64,000 nucleotides of DNA from Epiperipatus broadwayi (GCA_028023455.1 JAQFVV010000009.1:15066001-15130000); one strand, 5' to 3'. Counted from the first letter of the stretch, positions 25,105-38,789 are shown. Notes: a model not told the origin generated them from the letters alone. Made by a program: numbers and translations.

Positions 25105-27535
25105 GGGTTATTTATCTTTTTCACATGTAGGTGGTCATGTCTATTGGTTGTTTGAGATGATGGGAAGGATGAATATATTGAAAATCCTAAGTTCAAATCC
25201 CTCTATTTACTGTAGGAAACATTCAGTATACTGAATGAATAGGTTAATAATTATTATTTTTTAAAAAATAATTTTATTAATTATGAAATTGTTTTACAGG
25301 ACATTTTTTATATTAAATATTTCAAATAATATTTTTTGTATTTTAAATATGTTTCAAATAATATATTTCTTTTGAAAAAAAAATCTGTATAATAACATTT
25401 TAAATATCATAAAGCTATATAAATATGATCATTCAAAGAAGGCATATTTTAATACATCATAACAAAAAAATTTATAATTTTTTTCAACATAAATTGGGTT
25501 GGGTAAAATATTGTAGGGAGAGTACTTAATTTGGGAATTGCCTATAAATATTTTATCAAAATATTATTACAATTTTTAAAATTTGTTTTTAATTTTGAAT
25601 ATAAATGCTTAGTTAATAAAATAATAAAAATTTAACAAAATTTAATTGTGTTAATAAAATAAATGAAATATAACTTTTTGCTTATATTGTATAATAGTAA
25701 TAACATGTTACTTTGCTAATATATGCATGCATTTGTGAGTGAGGAAATATCTAATTCTCTTAATAGCAATATTTCATTAGTGGCATGATCCAGATTTTAT
25801 TCTGCCATTATTAAAGATTATAAGTGTAAAGATTTATTACATTTTGAAATCATACATATATATGCTAATTGCAAGAAATTGAATCACTGACAAAAAGATT
25901 ATTATATACTAAACTGTCACATGATTCGTCAAAATATATATTCTAGATAAGGATAAAATCTAAGAAACAAACCAGTAAATCATTTGATTTCAAAATCTTA
26001 AAAATATTTGACATTTGCCTCCCTGAATGAAGGCAAACTAATCAGAAAGTAGTCATAAAAACCTGCAAGTATTGACACTTTCGCTATCTTATATTCATAG
26101 ATTTAGGATTGTCAAAAGAACTGTAACAAGATTAAAATAAATTGCAAAGAAAATTGTTACATAGTGAAAAATAATATTATAAATACTTTTTATTTTACCT
26201 ATATTTCAAGAGATAAAGAGTTTACATCAAATTAATTTCCTAATGCTGTACAGATTATTTTTATATATTTTTTCTACATGCAAAATGATTAGGTTCAGAT
26301 TGTCTAAGACTTTTATAATGTAATCTGTATTAGATGATGTCTGTTCAAAATGCTCCTAAAGAACTCAATTTACACTTAGATATTTGATCATATATGTGAT
26401 ATTTCACTTTTTTATTTTGATAAACATTAATTGCATTTCACTGAGTTAGTGCATGTTTGGTACTTTGCATTAGCAGTGTATTGGTATTAAGCTAGGAAAT
26501 AATTGTTCCAGAACTGCTTGAATATATGACTTAATAAAGCACATAATTGATAAATAGAGAAATTTGAATATACGCCTGGTAAAATAATATTAAAAATGTA
26601 TATATTTAAGAATATTATTACTAAGGCAAATTCAGCATTTGGTCTTCTGATCAATCTTGGAAGAATTCTTGAACTAAAGAAAATTTCTGAAAATATTGCT
26701 GATTTACTATTTCATTTATAAAAAAAGACACAAAAACCTTACATACAGCAAAAAAATGTAATAAATGTAAAATTTATATATATATCCTCAATAAATTAAA
26801 AAAATAATAATTTTTAGATAAAAAGAAATATTTTTGTAAACAAAAAAAAAATTGTTCAGTGCTATAAACAAGTATTTGCAAAAGTATAAGTACCAAGCTT
26901 TAAGCACAGTATAAAAGTATAATAAATGATACTTTAGTGACCATAACTGCTATAAAATACCAATTTCACATATATGGATAAGATTTGTGGAGGAGGCATG
27001 AAAACGTTTTTAACATTGCTTTTGCATATTCTATGCATATTTTTTGTTTTTTGACCACCATGTATCCTTTAAATTCTTGTTGACAAGTGGAGAAGAATTA
27101 TTGAGTGATTATTACATTTAAAAAAAGATTGATATTTTGTATATATATTTAAAAAAAAAAAAAAGAAAAAAAAAGTTTAGAAATAGTTTATAAGGTCTAT
27201 AAGACAAACAGTACATTTCTTGGGCACACTTTTCCATTGAATTTTATATGCACATGTACACTTTAATTGAACTAAAAATAAAATAATAAAGATTTCAAGC
27301 TAGATAGTTAAATGAATTTTCTATGAAGCATTATTTTGATTTTTTGTTACAAAAGACTAAAAAAATCCATTTATCTTTAACTAAAATAATTTTCAATACA
27401 ATTATAAAAATATTAGCTTTCAAAAATGCATATAAAAAAATAAAAGCTTAAGTATATAGCACACATTTGCATAGTTTGAATGTATATAAACAAACTCACA
27501 CATACAAAGAAATATATATTCTTTCATAATAGGAT

Positions 27536-27727
27536 TTATGAAAATATTTTGTTGCGACATTCTGCGCTGCAGAAGATCATATCTTGCTTGACCATAAATT
27601 TTCGGTTGAGCAGACTTCCTAGACAACCGTTGCAGCGAAAGCATTCTGGAGTGGCGTGCCAGTCTAAATGAGAGTGTTTGACACATTGCTGTTCAGCAGA
27701 TATTTTCACTTGACATGTGTGACATAT
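27536..27727 (-). CDS. TES: Testin-like PET/LIM protein, terminal coding exon (LIM3 domain + stop)
   Basis: Acceptor tttctcattgtatctttatAG, then a 192-nt phase-0 frame ICHTCQVKISAEQQCVKHSHLDWHATPECFRCNGCLGSLLNRKFMVKQDMIFCSAECRNKIFS-TAA. This is a LIM zinc-ligand pattern with the WHAxxECF insertion and terminal C-x3-C that I recall from vertebrate testin LIM3. The stop right after LIM3 favours testin over prickle. Not in the supplied ORF track, which shows other frames here. Confidence 0.93.
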   Translation of the reverse strand: MCHTCQVKISAEQQCVKHSHLDWHATPECFRCNGCLGSLLNRKFMVKQDMIFCSAECRNKIFS

Positions 27728-28985
27728 CTATAAAGATACAATGAGAAATGGCATTAAATATTGCTGCTGTCAACAATTCGGTAATGAATCAAAGGAAAAC
27801 AAATGTAAATATAAAACATCAACTTAAAACAAATATTTATTCAATTTATTTTTGTAAATAATAAAATTTACATTTTTTTAAAAAAAAACACACACATCAA
27901 GACACACCCGTGCACACACATTATTTCGAGATACTGTAATTTTTATTAAAAGTTACAATAAATAATAGTAAAATCTACTTATGGTAATAAAAAGCATATG
28001 ACCCATTGCCCAACGACTCTTTGAAGGCACAAAATGTCCTTTTTTGCCAATCACTTAATAAATATATGATAAAAACGTTTTTTGTCGATTTTTTAAAAAG
28101 TCTCCGGATGAAGCTTGGCTCTAGTTTTCCACCAAGGATTAGTCAAATTTATTTATTAAAGCACGTAAAGCGTATTGAAACAACTCATGATCATCATCGA
28201 TGGTAATTCTCGAATAAAAATCATCAGATTTTGGGCGTTCAGAATTTATTAAAAATAACGATCCAAATATTACAAAGTGCATTAGATATATTTAAACCAC
28301 TTATTTTTACGTATATATCTTTCTTTCCTTATGAATAACAAAAAAATGTTTCACGGGGTCAGGTTATTGAAGTATCATTTAGTCCACTTCATTAAAATTC
28401 CAAGCAATGCTCCGTTTGATAGAAACTTTCCTCCCCATATTTTACTTTATCAGATTTAAAAACTATTTCAATTTATCTAGATTTTCTTTATTACCCTAGT
28501 GTTACATGTTTTGGTTAGAACCTGACCATTAACACAAATCTCCTTTTCTCTTACTGTTTATTTTATTTTTTCTATTTAAACACGATCTTTTAAAAATAGG
28601 CTTCGCAAATATATAGCAGAATATTTTTCTAGTATATACATTTAAAAAGTTTTCTTTAATTAAATTAATAAATACGTAAAACATTAAAAAAAAAACACTT
28701 TTATCATGTTATTAAAATATATATATATATCGCAACATATATATATATATATCACAGTTTCTTAGGCAGGGAGTGTGTGATGTTTTAACACTAAAATAAT
28801 AAACTGAATGCAACAGTTTCTTCCATTTATTCATTCGATCAAAATGGAGATTATTAAAATCTTTTCAGAAACTCCTAGCTTTTAAATCTGCCCTCTTACA
28901 CCACGCCTAACTACTCAGTACAAAATATTGGGTGATGTAATCAGCAGAGGGCAACCCTTTCACTCTGCCCAACACATCTATAGCA

Positions 28986-30385
28986 ATAGAAAGATTAGGA
29001 AGAGGGATAGAGATACCGTTAATAGGTGGTAAGGGAGTATATATTTTGTCAGGTCTCTTTTTTTTGCGGATGATATATTTTTGTGTGCAGAAAGAAGAGA
29101 AGATATGTAAGTTATGCTGAGGATATGTGCAAGGGTGGGTAAAGAGATGGGGTTTAAATTTGGTGAAGAAAAATCAAATATAATGATGGTTAATACTGGC
29201 GAAAGAGAAGATGTAGAATTTTTATTGGGAGCTTTTAAGTTAAGTGTGGTGAATAGATATAGTTATTTGGGAATTATTTTAAATAATCAGAAAAGTTGTT
29301 TGGATGAATGTGAGAAAAAATTGATAAATAAAGCAAAGAAAAGAAAGGGATTGATAAAGAAATTAACTGTTTTCGTATAATAAATATGATGTAGCTAGAA
29401 TTATATGAAAGGGAGTTGCAGTAACATATGGTAATGACGTGTTATGTGTTAGTAAAAGGGTATTATATTACTTAGAAAAAGTACAAAGGGAAGTAGGAAG
29501 ACATGCATTGGATGCAGATGTATGGACAGCAAGGGAGGCAATTCAAAGAGAAATGGGATGGTCAAGTTTTTATATGAGAGATGCAAAAAGTAAAATAAAA
29601 ATGTTTGGTAGATTGCAGTTTATGGATAATAATAAAAATAGCCAAAATAGTATTTAATTGGGTTATGAGAAAAGAGCAGGCGGCAACAAGATGGGTGAGA
29701 AAGGTACTGCAGTATGCAAAAGATTTGGATAAAGAATTTATATCAGTATATTTGTACAAAAGATGGGATGATTGTGTTAGGAGGATTGTTGAGTATTACA
29801 GTGGTAAGGAATGGGATAAAAGAATAGATTTATTAATAAAGAATAGGGAGTTAGAGAGATGGAGAACAAATATGGAGAGTAAAAAGAGTTTAAATATATA
29901 TAGAAGTAAACAGAATATTAGGTGCAAATTAATATATGATAATAGTAAGGAAAGTAGTTTATTGTTTAAGGCTCGAATGGAATCTTTAGCAACAAGAGAA
30001 TATACATGTAAATGGAAAAATACGGGTGATTTAGTCTGTAAATTGTGTAAGGAAAGAATAGAAAATATTAGGCATCTGTTAATTGAATGTAAATGTTTAA
30101 AAACAGAAAGTGTATATATAATGAGGTTATGAAAGAATAAATATGAAAAAAGTGATTATACAGAAAATGGATTATTGGTTTTTATGCTGGATTTGGGAAA
30201 AGATAAGGGGGATTTAGATATAAAGGCCATAGAGTTGACAAAGATTATATTGTGGAAATGGGATGGAGCAGAATATGAGAAAACTTAGAGTGGGGAATGG
30301 AAAATAAAGTGGCTAACAGGTTTCTCTGGGTATAATTGCTGAGAGATTCCTGACTCCATTTAAGGAGAAGCCACAGTACATCACA
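28986..30385 (+). mobile_element. 5'-truncated decayed non-LTR retrotransposon, copy 1 (RT C-terminus + CCHC knuckle)
   Basis: Fragments LFFADD-like, YSYLGIIL, EMGWSSFYMRDAKSKIKMFGRL and CKLCKERIENIRHLLIEC; the tail is acatcacatcacat. Clade not assigned. Confidence 0.9.
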
Positions 30386-30399
30386 TCACATTTCTTTAT

Positions 30400-33057
30400 A
30401 ATAGAAATAGTAATGTGATGGAAAATAATAATAAAAGTAGAAAGGATTATGGAAGATGTGGATGGAGAATGAATGATAAGAATAAGTTAGAAAAATATAA
30501 AATAAAAATAGAAGAAATCATGGAAGAGTTTGTTGTGGGTAAATATAAGGACTGGTGTGGTAAAGTAGAAAAAGTGGCAAATAAGAATATTAAGAAGAAT
30601 AAAAGTAAAAGAAAAGTGAGAATTAGTAAAAGTGTAAAAGAGAGGGATAAAACATGTAGAGAATATAAATGTGCTATTAAAAACAAAGAAAGTGAAAAAG
30701 TTGTTAATATTAAATAGGAAAAAATATTTTTTAAAAAAAGTTGACTAAAATAGATAATTATACAGAATGAAATTAAATAGTAAATTATTGGAGGATATTA
30801 ATAAAAGTGGAAGAGATGAGAGCAAAAAAAATGAAAATATATATTAAAAAAGGAATGTAGGAGAGAGTGAAATAGTATTACTAGCTGATGGGGAAAAATA
30901 GTCTAGCTCGAGAATTGGAGACAATCTTAAATAAGTATGTAATAAATATAGAAAAGATGTTAGATGTGAAGAAACAAAAAAAAGCATATAGTAATGGAAG
31001 CATATAATAATGGAAATATTAGGTTTACAGAAAATGAATTGAATGAGGCAGAGAAAAATTGAAAGGAAAGAGGTTTAGATGGATGGGCAGCAAAGATGGT
31101 GCTGAATTTGAAAAATAGGACAAAATTAAATCTATTATCATGCTTTAATAAGATGGCACAGAAGAGAGAATTTCCAGATAGCTGGAATAATACAAGAGTA
31201 AGGCTACTATTTAAAGGAAAGGATCATAGAAAGTTAAACAATTATAGATTGATAGTGATAATGACAGGATGGTGACTGGAAGATCGGCAAAATGTATGGA
31301 AGAAAATAATATAAATGGGAAAAATGCAAGGAGATTTTCAATCTGATAGGTGTATAGAAGAGTTTACTTGTAGTTACTCAACTTGTAGATATGAGTAAGA
31401 ATACAGGTAAACAGTTATATATAGTCTTTATAGGTAGAGAGAAGGCATATGATAGAGTAAATAGAAATAGATTATAGGTAAGTTTAGTAAATTTGGGAAT
31501 GAATGAAGCTTTAGTGGATCTTATTAAAAGATTGTATGAAAATAATTACTATATGTATCAATTAGGAAATATAGAATCATAGAGTTAAAAGTGGGATGGG
31601 ACTAAGGCAAGGATGCCCTATGTCACCTATTTTGTTTTTGTTATATTTGGAGAGAAATGGAGAAAGACTAGGAAAGAGGAAAAGAGATACCATTAATAGA
31701 TGGCAAGGGAGTGTATATATTATCAAGTCTTTTATTTGCTGATACATTATTAAGCACAGAAAGTGGGGAAGATATGGAGGTTATGTTGAAGATATATGTA
31801 CAAGGGCATGTAAAGTGATGAGATATTAAATTTAATGAAATAAAATCAAAAGTAATGATGATAAATGCTGGGGAAAGAGAAGAGAAACAATTTTTATTGG
31901 GGGATATAAAGTTAAATGTGGTGAATAGGTATAACTATTTGGGAATCATCTTAAATAATCAGAGAAATTGCTTGGATGAATGGGAGAAAAATTTGATAAA
32001 TCAAGCAAAGAAATGAAAGGGACTGATAAAAAATTAACAGTGTTTTCATATAATAAATATGATGTAGTTAGAATTGTATGGAAGGGAGTGACAAAAGCAG
32101 GGTTAACATATGGTAACAATGTGTTATATGTTAGTAAAGGGGTATTAGATTACTTAGAAAAAGTATAAAAAGAAGTAGGAAGACATGCATTAGATGCAGA
32201 TGTGTGGATAGTGAAAGAGGAAATTCAAGGAGAAATGGAATGGTTAAGTTTTTATATGAGAGATGCAAAAAAGCAAAATGAAAATGTTTGATAGATTGCA
32301 GTTTATGGATAAGAGAATAGCCAAAATAGTATTTAATTGGGTTATGAGTAAAAAACAGACAACAAGATGGGTGAGAAATGGAGTATGGTATGCAAAAGAT
32401 TTAGATAAAAACTTTATGCCACCATACTTATACAACAGATAGGACAATTGTATTAGGAGAATTATTGAGTGTTATAGTGGCAAGGAATGGGATACAAGAA
32501 TAGATGCATTAATAAGAAAGTTGGAGAACTACTATGGAGAGTAAAAATAATTTAAATATATGAAAAAGTAAACAGAATATTGGGTGTGAATTAATTTATG
32601 ATAATAGCATGAAAAGTAGTTTACTGTTTAAGGCTCAAACAGGAGCTTAAGCAATAAGGGAATATACACATAAATGGAAAAATATGGGTGATTTAGTCTG
32701 CAAGCTATGTAAGGAAGGCATAGAAATATTAGGCATCTATTAATTGAATGTAAATGATTACAAGCAGAAAGGGTGCAAATAATGAAGTTGTGGGAGAATA
32801 AATATAAACAAAGTGATTATATAGAAAGTAAGTTCTTGGTTTTTATGCTGGGTTTGGAAAAAGGGGATTTAGATATAAAGGTCATAGTGGACAAAGATAA
32901 TGTTGTGGAAATGGGATGGAATAGAATAGACAAATATCGGAATACTTGGGGTGGGGAATGGAAAGTGAAGGTAAGGTGACTAACAAGTCTCTGTGGGCAT
33001 AGTGGCTGAGAGATTCCTAACTCTGAGAAAAAAGAAACCATATTGCACCACATCTAT
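30400..33057 (+). mobile_element. Longer decayed copy 2 of the same non-LTR retrotransposon
   Basis: RT motifs EKAYDRVNR (~31440), GLRQGCPMSPILF (~31600) and LLFAD (~31730). From ~31660 it parallels copy 1 to the 3' end. Numerous stops and frameshifts. Confidence 0.9.
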
Positions 33058-33649
33058 TTAATTTCTTTTCTTTGTTCCAAAACCAATAAATTTTAAAAAC
33101 AGGTTCCAGTTGTGAAGATTACTTGATCTGCCTATCAAATACATGATCTGGATTTAAATTTGAGTGAAAAAAGTTTTTTTTAAGTAATTACCTCAAAACT
33201 AAGTCATCTAGCAATTCTATTATTGATCAACATATGTTGGAAGCACTAAAATCATAAAATCTAAACAAATACTAGTCGATTAACACAGTAATATATTCTC
33301 TTTTAATGATCTGGGCAAATAAGTTCTGGGCAGATCTTGGTCCTGTAATGAACTATTTAAAGTTAATTTATTGCACCTACATTTTTATTTTCTTAAATGT
33401 TTTAGTTGATTTGAAAAATAACAAATACCTTCAGAAAGACACTCCATATTATTTTTAGCTATCTAGAGGATTTTTTCATTACTAATTCAACCATCTATGT
33501 TTCTATATTATTTTGGTAATGATAGTTTCTTTAATACTGGGATAGAATATTTTTAGTTATTATAGGATTAACTGTTGATGCTAATCAAATAATTTATAAA
33601 CATACAATTAAAAAAAGGCATTGATAGTATTTCAAAAACATCATCTCTG

Positions 33650-33860
33650 TCAACACTACCACCATTTTGTATAATGCTTAACTTGTTTTTCTCTTGACAT
33701 TTTTTGTTTTTCTTCATTAAAATAATAATCAAAATTTTCATTCAAAGAATCTAAATGTGAAATTATCTTAAAAATTAAGTCGTTATTTGATGTCACTTCA
33801 TTTTCCATAAGTAAAGTTTTTTCATGTTGCTGCTGATAGTAAAGAAACTCAATCAAACAA
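33650..33860 (-). pseudogene. Possible hAT (Buster/Charlie-like) transposase fragment
   Basis: IISHLDSLNENFDYYF resembles the IxxHLxxLxxxFxxYF motif; the flanking sequence does not clearly continue the match. Confidence 0.3.
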
Positions 33861-36464
33861 ATTTTTCTTCACTGTCATATAAAGTATACTTCTTAAGAAT
33901 TTAAATCTCTAAGATATATCATGAGTTCAAAATTGGAATTAAAAAAACTAATTTAATAGTTAGTTGCTTGGAATGTCTCTCTACAAGGGCTACTAATATT
34001 CTTAATTTTATCCCTCTTGTTTTATCCTAAAAGCTTTGTTCAGTCATCTATTAAGTCAAGAGCATTGGATCACTTTCGATTTTCCTGCTTGTTTTTCTTT
34101 TTTAATGAAATAAGTAATCAAGAAATATGCATTTTTATCTCATAGCAAAAATTTAGTTTTCGTACTTATATTTTTCTGGAGAATCATAAAGATATTGATA
34201 TATCATGGAATTCCACAGCTTTTTATAATAAGTGATAATTTAATATATTTCATGTTGATAATCACTGATCATAGAATTCAATGCGTTTTTCAATGATTAT
34301 CAAATGATTTTAATAAGCATTGAAAAAAGTTTAATACCCATCAATTACAAGTTCTTCTTTTGATAGTTTGCTAATTGTGCTCTTTCTTTGATCATCAATG
34401 ATACACTCATTCGGCCAGCTTTTTTAAAATCCATTTTATTATTATAATGTTTTCACAATTATTAATTTATGCAGTTGACTTTATTAAACAGAAAGCAGAA
34501 TTGTTGTTCCTAGTACTTTTACGGCAATTATAATTTCTTTAACTCATAAAAGTTCAATTTGTCAGGGAGATTTGTAAATTGAATTCATATATTGGAATTA
34601 GTTACATTAGTCAATTTACCTTCTTCAATTTTTATCAGTTTAAGTTCTATTTGCACTGATAAAATTATAAAAAAATAAACAAATGGCATCTTTCTTATTA
34701 CTAAAGAAGATTGCTGGTCAATGGAAAATGTAAAGTTGATTATTTTTAATAAAATAAGCATTGTAACAGTAATGAGAAAAATGGATTAGTTTTACTTTCA
34801 TTTTTACGAAAATTTTTGTAATTGACACTATTTCTCTGCATCAAGATATCATTGTTATATATCCCAATGATCTTCAAATTTTATCTAAGAAATGTTATTT
34901 TGTTTCTATTAATATTTGAATACTTTTGGATGGAAATCCTTTTATATATTGCATATTTTTAATATATCATTTGCTATATCTCTCTTCATCATTATTTCTC
35001 TTTAAATTTTCTCATTCTTCAATTTACTTTTTATCTGCTTTTATACAATTAAATTCAAGATAGTTAAATTGTTAGATATTGTCTCCAAAATTTCATTACT
35101 TATATTAACTTTTTTTTAAAAATATAACTCAAGTTTTTTATCTCTTTAATTTCCTGTTTTTTTTTCAACATATGATTCATAATATTCTCAAATTCTTATT
35201 ACTAAATATATATATTAATATTTATTTTTATATTTGCATTATACATTCTTCTTACAATTTTTTAATTATAAAGTTGAGCCTTCATTATCTTTTGCATTAC
35301 TCCTATATAATCACTTTTGGTATAATATATAAATCTGATTCACTATTCCAACTTTTAATTAAATGTTTTAAACAACACAGAAATTTAACTCTTTTATCTA
35401 TTTTAAATTTTTCTTGTTAAATCCTTCATAAATTTTTTATGGCTATCTTATAATTTTGATATCTTTAATTAGTATAAGATAGTCTTTTATTTTTGTGTTA
35501 ATCATTTCTATAGATATCTGAAATGAATATTATTGAACCTTTTTTCTGGTTTCCAATTTAAAATCCTGTCTACAGTTTTGGATCTTGTCTGAGTATAACG
35601 GCTAATTTTTCTATAATTTTCTAAACACTTCTTACATAATATATGTAATATAGAGAGCATACAAGCTCTTATTTAATAAGTGCAGTAAGAAAAAATATTT
35701 AAAATCTCTATCTAGAATATTCTTATCCCCAGATCAATTGGTTTTAAGCTTATGGCTCACCTCAGTGAGGAGCTAGACCATTCAGAGACTAGATCCAAAA
35801 TATCAACTCAAAACCCAGCACTTATTTAATATGTAACTATTGAGAAGAAAATCTGAAAATTTCAAGATATAAAAATGTCTTTAAATCACTATATGAGGCT
35901 GAACCAAATTCAGATCTACCATATATTAATAGCTTTAGCATTACCAAAGCCTTAAAAATAACATTATAATAATCAATAAAGCAAGTCATATATAATGTGA
36001 CATTACTTTTAAAAATTTGTATTTACAAATACGTAATATAGTTATATGGTTTATCACAGAAATTCATAAGAGGTTCAAGTATCAAAATACCAGACCTGAA
36101 ACACAATTCAATGAGTACCAAAGCCTGCCATTTTATCAGAACATATGGAACAGCATTTTATATGCACTGATGTTTGTATTATTATCTTTTGTATATCTTC
36201 TTTTAATATATATTTCTAAAAAATACCTTGACATATTTACCAAAAATATAGAACCCCACAACTAATTTTGGCTAACAATGACCTGATGATTTTCTCACTT
36301 TATTTATTTTAATTATTCACTCCAAATCAACCAAATCCAGTATATGGGTTACTCTTGCATTCAAGTAAAAGAACAGGCTTAAATATTCTTCACATACTTA
36401 AACTATTAACTTAACTATTGTTTAATTTAAAAAAAAGAATTTTGAATAGAATTTTATAAAGTTT

Positions 36465-36880
36465 ATGTAACCACAGCAATCCAAGTAAAGTAAAATTCTT
36501 ATAACTAATCCACATCATGTAAAAATTCCTGCAATCCTGTGTAAACCAATAAATCAACTTTACAACTATAGATTACCCACGTAAACACAGCAATCCAAGC
36601 TACGTAAAACCATTGTAATTAATCCACAGTATGCAAAAACTCTTGTAATCTCATGTAAATCAATAAATCAACTTTTACATATGTGAAAGGTACATCTATG
36701 GATTGTTCATGTGACTACAGCAATCCAAGTTATGTAAAAATCCTTATAACTAATACACAGCATATAAAAATTCTTGCAATCCTGTGTAAACCAATAAATC
36801 AACTTTTATATATGTAAACCTACAACTATGGATTGCCCATGTAAGCACAGCAATCCAAGCTATGTAAAATTCTTGTAACT
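36465..36880. repeat. Tandem repeat, ~115-130-bp unit, ~3.3 copies
   Basis: acagcaatccaag recurs at ~36474, 36587, 36717 and 36847; aaccaataaatcaacttt recurs once per unit. Confidence 0.92.
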
Positions 36881-37056
36881 CTCTAAGACAAATAAAGCAT
36901 ATCATTGAATAATAATAAGAAGAAGAAGAAAAAGAAGAAACAGCAGCAAATAAATATATGGATGAATTTCATGTTCACACACACATATATATCTATATAT
37001 TCTTACATAAAATAGCAACATATATTCTAAAGATGTAATATATATATAAAATTTAC

Positions 37057-37215
37057 CTTGGAAAACAAACGATCATAGCAATTAAAACAATATGGCTTTT
37101 CATCTCGAGGAACGTAACGTTGACCACCCAATGGCTGATCACATTCCCAACAACAAAAATGATTTACATGCCAGTTCTGTCCATTTGCTACTGTATAATT
37201 CTTTGCTAAAATGAG
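37057..37215 (-). CDS. TES: Testin-like PET/LIM protein, penultimate coding exon (LIM2)
   Basis: Acceptor atttttttcAG and donor AAG|GTAAAT flank a 159-nt phase-0/0 exon LILAKNYTVANGQNWHVNHFCCWECDQPLGGQRYVPRDEKPYCFNCYDRLFSK. It splices in frame to the LIM3 exon across a ~9.3-kb intron. Exon boundaries match the testin/prickle LIM2 exon as I recall it. Confidence 0.93.
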
Positions 37216-38734
37216 CTGAAAAAAATTTTTTTTTTACTAAATTAAGATTATAATAAAAAACATAAAAAATATTTTTATTTTAAAAAAAAATCAAAATTTT
37301 GAATATTAAACCAAATCAAATAATTTCATATGAATTATAACTAGCTAATTAAGCACAAATAGTAAACCAACTGAAATAAATTCATTGCTTTAACAATACT
37401 TACCAAGAAAAATCTTTTTGAGTTATTTATAAGGACTTATAATGTATTTTAATGATATTAAAGTTTATAATCCAACTCTATTATCAAAAAATTAAATAAA
37501 TTGCATTAAGAATATGGCAAGAAATATAAAACTACCACTGATCATGATCAACTGTTACTGCATTATTATAGTATCTTATGGCCATGTTATATCATCTGTC
37601 TTTTAGCAGAAAGTTTAACATGCATTATTTAATTGTGATGAAGAAACAAAATTGTAATCAAATGAAAATGCTCAAAAGTATTATACACATCAATAATACA
37701 TCATTTAATTATGTTAGTTAGTAAAAGTAATAGTATAACATTCAAAATAATAATAAAAAAATCATCCTATTATTTTTACATAAGTAATTTTGAGATTTAC
37801 AAAATAATAGATTTGGCATTATTTGATAACATACCAAACATGATAAAATGTATACTTAATTCTCTTCAAATATTGTAGGTATGTAATTTTTTTTTTGTCT
37901 GACTTATGTATTAAGATTCAGGTTAATACTATTCCATCTTTAAATTATGAGTTAGTTAATTAATACAAGAGCGATAGCAGGAGAAATTAAACTGATTTAC
38001 AAGTCTGTTGGATAATATTAATATTTTTTAACTTTGAACTTAATATTCTGCTCTTGGATCTTTGTACAAATATATAAGATATGATGAGTAAGATTATTTT
38101 ACTATAACAGTTTTTTTTTTTGTTTTGTTTTAAAATAAAATTTATTTTTCTATTTGCATTCTAAATTATTTATATTTCTCATTATACACAACTTCTAAAT
38201 ACATATTCAGAAAATCAAATCAATCTGCAGACTTCTTCATCTATTCATTATTTTTCATTCAAATCAATACTAAGCTTCATCTTCTCTCTTTTAATAGTTC
38301 TTATGAAGGATCTCTATCTTTTTTATGTTTATTGATTTATATTTACTTTATTTATATTTTTAAATATTTATTATTAGATAAGAGCAATGTTGCTTCAGTT
38401 GACCATGGTTACAATCATTTCGAACTGCATGGAGACCGATAATAAATAATATTTACAATAAAGAGAAGGGTGTTTCAGATATTAATCTTAGACCCATTTA
38501 CATAAAGAATATTTTAAAAACAATATAAATCATAATGATTTTATTTTATAGCAGAAATTCAATTAAAATAATTTTATGGGTGTGTCCAATCTTCAGAATC
38601 ACATTTCTATGCATACTAACATTCCACTTTCTTGTCACATAAAAGTCCCTTTAACATTATTAAGACCATATCTTTGGACTATCAAAAAATGCATATAATA
38701 TAAATATTCACAATCAAAATTTTATATACATTAA

Positions 38735-38789
38735 GGCACTTAAAGGCATATGGTTCTTAGTGGCACTTAAAGGCATATGGTTCTTAGTG
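38735..38789. repeat. 27-bp tandem duplication
   Basis: ggcacttaaaggcatatggttcttagt occurs twice. Confidence 0.92.

Larger units (their letters stand above)
24738..25206. mobile_element. Head-to-head inverted pair (~205-bp arms, ~50-nt spacer) of HHR-bearing PLE terminal repeats
   Basis: 24738-24948 is the diverged reverse complement of 25000-25206, and each arm holds an HHR. The spacer translates to ...VTGFNLLTLKFKKLLS*, weakly like a PLE ORF C-terminus. Confidence 0.8.

Noticed and set aside
27420-27686. Supplied ORF MCQTLSFRLARH... resembling a mitochondrial presequence
   Set aside because: Alternative frame of the testin LIM3 exon.
27920-27938. Tc1-like TIR (reverse of TACAGTATCTCGAAATAA)
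   Set aside because: No partner TIR found.
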